Source of the DNA: an uncultured cyanobacterium
GTDB lineage: Bacteria; Cyanobacteriota; Cyanobacteriia; Leptolyngbyales; Leptolyngbyaceae
Assembly (NCBI GenBank): GCA_963766075.1
Contig: CAVYAN010000097.1
Coordinates: forward strand, 1 to 17,426
DNA length: 17,426 nt
Direction of reading: 5' to 3'
The notes below the pieces were generated by a model. That model was not told where the DNA came from. It worked only from the letters and a program-made list of their open reading frames with translations, and ran no database searches. The first letter of the stretch is position 1. Each line of letters begins with the position of its first letter. Positions 8,652 to 16,485 of this stretch are shown piece by piece. The position numbers and the translations under genes are program-made.

Positions 8652-8811
8652 CGCAAGGGGATTGGGTTCTAGAGTAATTGGGGGGGGAGGTCTAGAATTT
8701 TTGGGTCAGGGGTTCTAGAACAATTGGGGGCGGGGGTCTAGAACTATGCCAGGAGAAATCTAACGTTTTTGGGGGTGGGGGTCTAGAAATTATGCCAAGC
8801 AAAGCCTAGAA
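8652..8811. repeat. Seven degenerate ~23-bp direct repeats with a TCTAGA core (iteron-like)
   Basis: Cores at 8668, 8691, 8714, 8737, 8759 (TCTAAC), 8782 and 8805 (CCTAGA). Spacings are 23, 23, 23, 22, 23 and 23 bp. Confidence 0.9.
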
Positions 8812-8945
8812 AATTCGCAGCACAATCCGCAAACAACGCCATGCTGCGTGGCTTGAATTTTGATCACAGGCTCGATTTAACGTGATTACAAAATCTCCTG
8901 TTACTGTGTAATCAATTCCTGTAATCACGGACAATCGTCCACGCC

Positions 8946-8965
8946 CGATCACAAATTTGTGATCG
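8946..8965. repeat. Perfect 20-bp palindrome
   Basis: CGATCACAAATTTGTGATCG. Confidence 0.95.
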
Positions 8966-9047
8966 AAGAATTGTGATCATGGGTTGGATGTAATCAGGTG
9001 TCTGAGAAGGAGTCACACTCCTAAGGCCCTGTCAAACAATAGGTTCA

Positions 9048-9094
9048 CAGGTTTCAGTTCGTTTCGAGCTGAGCTCGAAACGAACTGAAACCTG
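9048..9094. repeat. Perfect 23-bp inverted repeat with 1-nt spacer (47-bp palindrome)
   Basis: CAGGTTTCAGTTCGTTTCGAGCT-g-AGCTCGAAACGAACTGAAACCTG. Confidence 0.97.
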
Positions 9095-9148
9095 CTCCCT
9101 GAGCGGAGTCAAAGAGAGCTATATCTTGATGTTATTACCTGACAATGC

Positions 9149-10690
9149 CTAAGGATCAAGTTCAAAAATATGCTGAAAGATTGCGGCACTTTCAGGGCTA
9201 ATGGCCCGTTCTTCAGTTTCAATCATGGAAATGAGCCCCTGACTGATGCCGGTAAGGGCTGCAAATTTGCGTTGACTCCAGCCCTTAGCCGTGCGCAACT
9301 GACGAACTAGACTGCCAGTCAGGGGTGGCGGCGAGGCAGTGGAGATCGCTGGAGCAACTGCCACATTCCGCCCCGGCTCTGGATGTTCAGGGGCATTGTG
9401 AGCCTCGATAACGGCCTCTGCTTCAGGGTCAATGGCTGGTTTAATCCACATCTGGGCACTCAGTAACCGCTCAAAAAATCCCCGAGGGCGCTGTGCGTTC
9501 GTGCGCCCAAATCCCAGGGGTTGAATTTCTAGGGGGTAGGTGGTCGGATCAAACTGGAGTTGCCAACCGCGATCGTGGAGGGTCATGAGGTCTTCGTCCC
9601 AGGTGCTGGCCAGTTTTTTACGCAGGTCGCTGCGTTCGATAGCCTGCTGCACCTTGGTGTGCCCGTAGGCAACTTCCATCAGCACCGCTACACTGAGGGG
9701 CGATCGCTGACTGTACTGGGTCTGAAACAGCAGCCATACCATTAAGCGGGCAGCACCCTCCCGATGTTGCCAGACACTCATCACGCTTTCCAGCAAATTT
9801 TGGGGCAGCGTTCCCCGTTGGCAATAGGCAATTTTTTCCCGACGGCCTGCTTCATTCAGAAAGTGTCTGGCCCACAGGCCCGGTTTGACGACAAAGGTAA
9901 TGCCCGCCAACTCCCGATTGCCAAATAAATCCTGTTGATAGTGATAGCGCGTGGCCATCATATGCCACAGCCGCCCCTCTTCCACCGTAAATCCTTTGAC
10001 CTTGCCTTGTTTGGGACAGGAAATAAAGGTGGTGATTTTGCAGGGCTGTTTGGCAATTTCCGCAATTAGGGCTAGCTTTTCCTGTTTATTCTTGTCAGTG
10101 CGCTTTTTCAGGCCCAAATAGGACTCGATTTGCTGATCGTCAATTACGAGTTCCTGTTCCCACGGCTTGTCGAGTTGAGCGGCATGGGCCGCATAAATTA
10201 AGTGCATGCAGGCGGCCCGAATATCAAAGGTATCAATCACGGCCAAGGCGGCGGCCCCGGCCAGTGTTGCCGGATGCTCCGCTTCTAAGTCTTCCGTTAC
10301 CCAGAAGTGAATTGCGCCTTGTCCGTTGCCAATATCCTTGGCGTAGAAGAGATTCCCTTCTGGATCGTTGTGCCAGGGCAGGTGGTGACGCTGGGTCAAA
10401 ATGCTGCTGGCTTCCCAAATCGGCAAGGCCGATGCCATGGGGGAGGTTTTGCGCTGAGCAAACAAGGTGGGGCTGGGTTTGGGGCGGGCTTCGATGTGGG
10501 GAAAGCCGCTGAGCTTGGGTTGGGTGGGCTGCTGTGCCAAAGGCTTGGGCGTTAGAGGTTGAGACAGCGGTGTGGTTTCAGGGGAGATGGGTAGCCCCGA
10601 GGATGAGGCTGCAGCGCCAGTTACGCCCTGTTGCTGATCTGGTTCGGGCGACGGTAATGGAGATGGGGCGGATGGGGGTTTCCGTGGCAT
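9149..10690 (-). CDS. Putative winged-helix replication initiator-like protein with C-terminal XRE-family HTH
   Basis: 513 aa. About 85 aa of Pro-rich disordered N-terminus. Core DIRAACMHLIYAAHA..LDKPWEQELVIDDQQIESYLGL and AARLMVWLLF..PLSVAVLMEVAYG, patterned like tandem winged-helix domains (inference). Clear XRE HTH: VRQLRTAKGWSQRKFAALTGISQGLISMIET. Confidence 0.6.
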   Translation of the reverse strand: MPRKPPSAPSPLPSPEPDQQQGVTGAAASSSGLPISPETTPLSQPLTPKPLAQQPTQPKLSGFPHIEARPKPSPTLFAQRKTSPMASALPIWEASSILTQRHHLPWHNDPEGNLFYAKDIGNGQGAIHFWVTEDLEAEHPATLAGAAALAVIDTFDIRAACMHLIYAAHAAQLDKPWEQELVIDDQQIESYLGLKKRTDKNKQEKLALIAEIAKQPCKITTFISCPKQGKVKGFTVEEGRLWHMMATRYHYQQDLFGNRELAGITFVVKPGLWARHFLNEAGRREKIAYCQRGTLPQNLLESVMSVWQHREGAARLMVWLLFQTQYSQRSPLSVAVLMEVAYGHTKVQQAIERSDLRKKLASTWDEDLMTLHDRGWQLQFDPTTYPLEIQPLGFGRTNAQRPRGFFERLLSAQMWIKPAIDPEAEAVIEAHNAPEHPEPGRNVAVAPAISTASPPPLTGSLVRQLRTAKGWSQRKFAALTGISQGLISMIETEERAISPESAAIFQHIFELDP

Positions 10691-10785
10691 GGGTGGGCTG
10701 CGGATCCAATGGCTGATTTAACGTGTGCTGATCTTAAGCCCTAAATTGCCCGTCTGGGGCAGTCCGTTAAATCTCAGCGTTTCCG

Positions 10786-11802
10786 TCAGGCTTTTCGTCC
10801 CACGGGGGTAGGCGGGGTGACGATGTTGGGGCAAGGCTTCTCTTGCTCCACGTCGGTGATATTGGAGAGAGTCGTTTCGGCAATGTTTTGCAGGGCTTCT
10901 TGGGTAAAGAAGGCTTGATGGCCTGTGACAATTACGTTGGGAAACGTCATGAGCCGCTCAAAGGTGTCGTCTTGGATGATTTTGCTTGAGAGATTTTCAA
11001 AAAATAACTCCGATTCCTGTTCGTAAACGTCTAGTCCGAGAGCGCTGATTTTCTGGGACTTAAGCCCTGCCACCACGGCTTCGGTATCAACCAGGGCTCC
11101 CCGACTGGTATTGATCAGCATGACTCCGCGCTTCATTTGGGCGATCGCATCGGTATTGACTAAATGATAGGTATCAGGGGTGAGGGGGCAGTGCAATGTG
11201 ATCACATCTGCTTGGGCAAACAGGGTGGGCAGGGACACGTACTGTGCGCCCAAGGCCATACAGGCTGGATTTTGGTAAACATCGTAGGCGAGCAATTTAC
11301 AGCCAAAGCCGTGCATGATCTGCGCCACCCCCTGCCCAATTCTGCCGGTGCCCACGATGCCCACGGTGCGGCCATGGAAATCAAACCCGAGCAGGCCGTC
11401 CAGTTCAAAATTGCCTTCGCGGACGCGATTATAGGCTTTGTGGAATTTACGATTCAGGGTAAGCATGAGGCCGACGGCGTGTTCTGCGACGGCATAGGGT
11501 GAATAGGCGGGCACCCGCACCACTTGCATCCCGAAGCGGGCGGCGGCGGCTAAATCCACGTTATTAAATCCAGCGCAGCGCAGGGCAATCAGGCGGGTAC
11601 CGTGATCAGCCAGTCGCCCTAAGGTGACATCATCGGCAATGTCGTTTACAAATAAGCAGACCGCTGGAAAACCTCGTGCCAACAGGGCGGTTTCATGGCC
11701 TAGGCGGGGTTCAAAGAATACGAGGCTGTGCTCATGATCATAGTTGGCAACGGTGAGAAACTCGCGATCATAGGACTTGGCACTGAAGATGGCGACTTTC
11801 AT
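10786..11802 (-). CDS. ldhA: D-lactate dehydrogenase (D-2-hydroxyacid dehydrogenase)
   Basis: [59 protein letters not shown] and TGHQAFFT. Confidence 0.93.
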   Translation of the reverse strand: MKVAIFSAKSYDREFLTVANYDHEHSLVFFEPRLGHETALLARGFPAVCLFVNDIADDVTLGRLADHGTRLIALRCAGFNNVDLAAAARFGMQVVRVPAYSPYAVAEHAVGLMLTLNRKFHKAYNRVREGNFELDGLLGFDFHGRTVGIVGTGRIGQGVAQIMHGFGCKLLAYDVYQNPACMALGAQYVSLPTLFAQADVITLHCPLTPDTYHLVNTDAIAQMKRGVMLINTSRGALVDTEAVVAGLKSQKISALGLDVYEQESELFFENLSSKIIQDDTFERLMTFPNVIVTGHQAFFTQEALQNIAETTLSNITDVEQEKPCPNIVTPPTPVGRKA

Positions 11803-11807
11803 GGGAG

Positions 11808-12668
11808 CTAATCCTCGGAATTGAGTAGGGCTTTAGCAGCTTGAAGTTGCTGTTGCTGTGCCTCGCTGAGGCGAGGATAGTGCAGATTGAGTTTTTTGAG
11901 CTGGGTGTTAATGATGTCGGCAACGGCTAAACGGGTAAACCATTTGTTATCTGCGGGAATAATATACCACGGAGCCCACGGGGTGCTGGTATGCGTGAAT
12001 ACCGCTTCGTAGGCATTCTGATAGTCCTGCCAAAAGGCACGCTCTTTGACATCGTTGGCGGAGAATTTCCAGTTTTTGTCAGGGCGTTCAATCCGGTCGA
12101 GAAATCGCCGCTTTTGTTCAGCTTTGGAAACGTTGAGGAAAAATTTCAACACGCAAATACCGTTGTTAACAAGGTATTGCTCAAAGTGGTTGATTTCGGT
12201 AAAGCGTTGTTTCCAGAGATCCTGGGGTCTTGCGGGTAACTGTTGCTGCTGGAGGATTTCGGGATGGACGCGGACGATGAGGGTTTCTTCGTAGTAGGAG
12301 CGATTGAAAATGCCGATGCGCCCCCGTTCGGGCAATGCTTTGAACGATCGCCACAAATAGTCATGATCCAATTCTTCTGGGGAAGGGCTTTTGAAGCTGA
12401 AAACCTGGCAGCCCTGAGGATTGACTCCCGACATCACATGCTTGATGGTGCCATCTTTGCCCGCAGCATCCATCGCTTGGAATAGGATCAGCAGGGCATA
12501 GGTGTTTTGGGCGTAGAGTGTATCCTGATAGCGGGCGAGTTGAGCGATATCTTCCTCCAACTTACCAACAGCATCAGCTTTGTTGGCATAGTCGCCCGTG
12601 TATTGGGGATCGTAGTCTTTTAGGCTGATCGTCGTGTGGGGAGGAACAATCAGGTGGTCATGACTCAT
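11808..12668 (-). CDS. ppk2: Polyphosphate kinase 2 family protein (class III-like polyphosphate:nucleotide phosphotransferase)
   Basis: Likely start MSHDHLIV at 12668. Walker [45 protein letters not shown] and [15 protein letters not shown]. Confidence 0.93.
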   Translation of the reverse strand: MSHDHLIVPPHTTISLKDYDPQYTGDYANKADAVGKLEEDIAQLARYQDTLYAQNTYALLILFQAMDAAGKDGTIKHVMSGVNPQGCQVFSFKSPSPEELDHDYLWRSFKALPERGRIGIFNRSYYEETLIVRVHPEILQQQQLPARPQDLWKQRFTEINHFEQYLVNNGICVLKFFLNVSKAEQKRRFLDRIERPDKNWKFSANDVKERAFWQDYQNAYEAVFTHTSTPWAPWYIIPADNKWFTRLAVADIINTQLKKLNLHYPRLSEAQQQQLQAAKALLNSED

Positions 12669-12754
12669 GATTTTTACCCAAGCGCAACGCACGCCCTCAG
12701 TGTAGGTCAATACTGTGTACAGACCTAGGCTAATTTTTGAGGAGTCGCTCTAGA

Positions 12755-13492
12755 CTACTGCATGACTTTGACTTCGGTGCCGATGTTTACCTGATTAAAT
12801 AAGGCTTCTACGTCCTTGTGATACATGCGAATGCATCCATGGGAGGCGGCTGTGCCCACGGATTTGGGGTTGGGGGTGCCATGAAACCCAATCCAGTTGT
12901 TGCCATCGGTCCAAAAGCCAATCCAGAACCCTCCTAGAGGATTGTCGGGATCGCCACCCGGAATGACGACTCCCGGTTGTAACGGATGCACCCAGACCGG
13001 ATCCTTAATTTTGGTGGCGATTTTGAAGGTGCCCGTGGGGGTTTCCCAGCCCGGTTTGCCCACGGCGATCGGATAGGTGCTGATGGCGGTGTCGCCCCGA
13101 TAAAGGGTGACTTGGCGACGGCTCAGCCGAATCTCTAGCCGGAGGAGGTCTGTCTCTGTCAGAGGTAGGCCGTGGCGGAGTTTGTGCAGGTCTTCGTTGG
13201 AGGTAATGGGCGGTAGCGATGGCGTCGTGGGGGGTGATGCTGGGATTAGGGGTGTTACGACGGGGACGGGTGTTTCAGGGGAGAGGAGGGGTGGAGTGGA
13301 GGTAGGGGGTGCAGCGGGAACGGTCTGCTGGGGGCTGGTTGGGGGCGCGATCGCCGGTGTGGCCTGGGTCGGTATGGCCTCGGGAGGGGGGAGTTGGGCG
13401 ATCGCCGATGAAGCCGCTTGGAGGACAGCCTGAGTCACCGCACCAATCGTCACTAAAACTAGGACCAACCTCAAAACGGAGTTCTCCTGCAA
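12755..13492 (-). CDS. L,D-transpeptidase (YkuD/ErfK family) with signal peptide and Pro/Thr-rich linker
   Basis: YPIAVGKPGWETPTG, DNPLG, and IGFHGT...SHGCIRM with the catalytic His and Cys. The TTG start is uncertain. Confidence 0.9.
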   Translation of the reverse strand: MQENSVLRLVLVLVTIGAVTQAVLQAASSAIAQLPPPEAIPTQATPAIAPPTSPQQTVPAAPPTSTPPLLSPETPVPVVTPLIPASPPTTPSLPPITSNEDLHKLRHGLPLTETDLLRLEIRLSRRQVTLYRGDTAISTYPIAVGKPGWETPTGTFKIATKIKDPVWVHPLQPGVVIPGGDPDNPLGGFWIGFWTDGNNWIGFHGTPNPKSVGTAASHGCIRMYHKDVEALFNQVNIGTEVKVMQ

Positions 13493-13501
13493 AACAGACT
13501 A

Positions 13502-13551
13502 GATTCAGAAGCGGCAGAATTGTTGTATGGCCATGCTGCCGCTTCTGAATC
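13502..13551. repeat. 16-bp inverted repeat with 18-nt loop, just upstream of the L,D-transpeptidase
   Basis: GATTCAGAAGCGGCAG (13502-13517) and CTGCCGCTTCTGAATC (13536-13551). Confidence 0.9.
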
Positions 13552-13624
13552 CTAGCGCTACTGTCATCAAATGACGGGATTTTTGGGTATTGGTTCCCCT
13601 GCGTTGACGCCGATCATTGCCCCG

Positions 13625-14352
13625 TTAATTAGCCGGAGCCATGGCTGGCCGCCGCTTTCGTTTACCCCGAGTCCAGCTAGAGGCGTGCCAGAGATACATG
13701 AACAGCGCTCCTGACACGAGGGAGCCCAGAATCCACTTTGTTCCTTTTTTGATCAGGGTGCGGGCCTGGACTTGGAGTGCTGCTTGGGTTTGCACCTCGT
13801 TTTGTTGGGCCATACGCTCCATGCCCGTCTGTTGTTGTTCGCGAAAAGCCTGGGGTTTGAAGTCGGGCAAGGCTCCGACTGTTGAGCGCTTGGCAAACTC
13901 CATCACGTCTTGATCGGAGAGTTGTGAGAGCCGATCCTTGGCGGCTTGGAACTGGGTCCGCTGTTGAGACAGTTGTTCTACCGCTTTGACATTAATCGGA
14001 TTGTAAGTTCGCCAAGCCGCGTTGACGGTGATCGGAATAAATAGCCAATAGACACAGGCAATTACCAAAATGATCCAGGACAATGGTTTGAGCAAGATGC
14101 GTTCTATTTTTGTCCGATTCTGCGCCTCGCCTAGAAAGATTAAGCCAAACCCAATCAGGGGAAAGCCAACACGCTCGACAAAGTTGCCCACGGTTTCAAT
14201 CTCCCAGGAGGAATTGAGCAATTGCAGGGGATACAGAATGTCAAAGATGTCAAAGAAGGGAGAGGGTTTAGCAGACCGTAGCCGACTAGGCGTAGAGCGG
14301 CGATCGCCTTGCCATGGGAATTGGGGTCGAGTGGCACTACTGACTTATTCAC
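13625..14352 (-). CDS. HpsJ-family membrane protein, frameshifted near 14258-14270
   Basis: The N-terminal piece ALRLVGYGLL joins FFDIFDILYPLQLLNSSWEIETVGNFVERVGFPLIGFGLIF if two single-base homopolymer insertions are removed. A TM / coiled-coil / TM layout and KWILGSLVSGALF follow. Confidence 0.75.
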
Positions 14353-14394
14353 CTTAATGTATAAACAAGCAGTACGGAGTTTAAAGAACCTGGA

Positions 14395-15103
14395 TTAAAA
14401 GGACGGATAGGTAGCGTACCATCCGGTCAACGCGGTCTGCCAGACGGCGGCTAGTTTCTGGCAAGTGACCTCTGACGCCTCCTGCCTGTACGGGCATGGA
14501 TAGATTGATCCATAAACAGCGAGAATCGCGGATATTGGCTTGACCAATCAAGATGGGTAGTAGGCGATCGGGTTTTAGGTCATAAGTAGTACGGTTTGCC
14601 AAAAACTGTTCACGAGTGACGGTGGTTGGCCCTTGTGCATTGACACAGGTGCTGAGATAGGCTTTGCCGTGGGCCTCAAACAGGGCATAAATGCCTGAAT
14701 CGCTGCGCCGTCGAACAAATTCCTTGGGTTTAAGTGCAACATTGTTGACGAGATAGCTCTTCAATAATCGGATTACATCGCCGTCCGACTGGGAAAAATA
14801 GTACATTTCAAGATTGAATGGAATATCCGACTCGGCGATTGCTCGGTTGCAGATAGTTGTAGTGTTGGCCCCGATCTGCTGCCGGCATACTTTCGATGAG
14901 ACTTCGCAATGATCGGACTACTATTCATGCCAAAGTGGCTGTAGCAATGGGCAATTGGGGCGGAAAGGCAAAGGGCTGTGTTTGTCCCAAGGTTGGATTC
15001 AAATAGTGCTCTGGCTAAAGCTAGTCCGACGCCCAAGAGGGCAGCCTGTAATAAATGAGCAATAAAGTCGGGAATGAGAATGAAATCGAGGCAGTGGCAC
15101 CAT
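14395..15103 (-). CDS. Cyanoexosortase A system-associated protein, multiple frameshifts
   Basis: Signature-like YLSTCVNAQGPTTVTREQFLANRTTYDLKPDRLLPILIGQANIRDSRCLWINLSMP. A shifted frame gives a plausible C-terminus QKLAAVWQTALTGWYATYPSF* ending at 14395. It lies directly downstream of the exosortase. Ends are approximate. Confidence 0.7.
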
Positions 15104-15115
15104 AATCGCGACTAA

Positions 15116-15147
15116 AGTAACTGAAGTGGGGAGTAACTGAAGTGGGG
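15116..15147. repeat. Perfect 16-bp tandem duplication
   Basis: AGTAACTGAAGTGGGG twice, between the exosortase and its associated gene. Confidence 0.92.
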
Positions 15148-15152
15148 AAAAC

Positions 15153-16102
15153 CTAGGTTGTGGGTCTGGATTCTAGTTCATCCTCTTGGGAGAATAGGCC
15201 GTCTCCTGGAACGGGATCATCTTCAGCCTCTTCATGCTGATAAGCGGATTCCTCCTGCTGGAGAAGATATTGACAATAACTGCTAAACAATGACATCGAT
15301 GTCATGGCAAATACCTGTGAGCCGCCGCCACTATGCCAGTACTCAAAGGCTGCGGTGTTTTTGGCTGCGGTTAAATGGGCCAGCAGCATGATCCGAAAAC
15401 CATTGACTACAAAGGCAGAGCTAACGGCTAGGAGGGGAACCAGAAACTTATTGCGCCAATCGGTTGGAAATGTGAGAAGAAAAAATCCGGCAACCACTAA
15501 TGAAATCAAAGCTGCATCTAGCCCTGACAGCTGAATATACCTCAACACTGCCTGTGGGTAAAATTAGCTGAACCCTGGCGCTCAATGGGAAAGCCCAGGT
15601 ACCACATCAAGGCGTGGGAATATTTGGCTGTCCATAGGCTGACATGCAGTACATGATCCAGGGGGCCGATAAATTCACTTAAGGGCAATGCAATCAACAG
15701 CAGGATGGGCAATTCCTGTTTGTAGTGTTTAAATTGCTGAATGCCAATGGTCAGGAGCGCCATGCCCAGCCCGATTGCTAAGGATGTCATGCCTGCAATG
15801 GGTGGAGTTTGGCTTTGGATATTCAGGCTTCTGACGATAATCAGGGCAATTAAGAACCAACCCATACCCTGAGAACCCCGATGCGCTGGTGATGACGATG
15901 CGATGACGCTTGCGCCATAGGCAGTAGAGCAGGGCTGTCCAGCCAATCATCTCTAGTGAGATTTGGTCCATACTCCCCAGTAAACGCCAAGAGAGCCACA
16001 GGTGCAGGGTAATCAGTCCGTACCCAGGGCGATCAGTAAATAGGGTGGGTGATGGCAGGCTTGAGTAATCCGGTGCGATCTCGAAGCAGATGCATGGGGC
16101 AA
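15153..16102 (-). CDS. crtA: Cyanoexosortase A (exosortase family), multiple frameshifts
   Basis: Fragments LITLHLWLSW, LLYCLWRKR, TAKYSHALMWYLGF, LPTGSVEVYS.(C)SGL (catalytic Cys region broken by indels at about 15525-15535), FVVNGFRI (Arg) and AFEYWHSGGGSQVF (His). The start is uncertain. Confidence 0.8.
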
Positions 16103-16428
16103 TATCAACTCAAGTGATAAGGAGTAACACGGATGACTCTACGGATTCTTCAGTGAAATTTCCCTCCGTACAATACCGTATTCTGGGTAGAGATTTTCTC
16201 AAAATTGCCCTTTATCCCCCAGAAATCACGCAGAGACGTGGGCCAATGGGCTTAGGTGTTTTGAATTGATGTTCCGCTGAACGACATAAACTCGGGGAGT
16301 TGGCCGAAATGCGAACGAATACCAAAGAGCAGATGAAGGTAGGCAATAGTCTGGTTCTAGATTCCGTGAAACTCCATAGAAAGTCTTTAAATTCGTCTGT
16401 TCATAATAAGTTGGCTGCATTTTCTTGA

Positions 16429-16455
16429 TGCCTGTGGGTCTTATGCCCACAGGCA
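16429..16455. repeat. 10-bp stem hairpin about 30 bp upstream of the WecA-like gene
   Basis: TGCCTGTGGG-tcttatg-CCCACAGGCA. Confidence 0.75.
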
Positions 16456-16485
16456 ATCATTCTGTCCAAGTAACCCGAGCAAAGT

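Larger units (their letters stand above)
8323..9148. other. Putative iteron-type replication origin / multi-site protein-binding region
   Basis: 826-bp non-coding region with a phased direct-repeat array, 11 TGATYACA-type boxes, three perfect inverted repeats and an AT-rich stretch at about 8350-8425. It lies between Rep-like and primase-like ORFs. Confidence 0.65.

Noticed and set aside
8652..8811. CRISPR array interpretation of the periodic repeats
   Set aside because: The period is only 23 bp with a 6-bp conserved core. There is no 25-40 bp repeat plus unique spacer structure and no cas gene nearby.
8323..9148. Canonical DnaA-dependent oriC
   Set aside because: I found no TT(A/T)TCCACA boxes by eye, and no dnaA or dnaN is adjacent. 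TGATYACA is too different from the DnaA box to call it one.
6412..10690. Prophage, IS or integrative element
   Set aside because: No integrase, transposase, structural genes or flanking direct repeats were found, and the ORFs carry host-type HIP1 sites.
11197..11206. TGTGATCACA inside ldhA matching the origin box
   Set aside because: It is a single copy within the coding sequence for DVIT and is plausibly chance.
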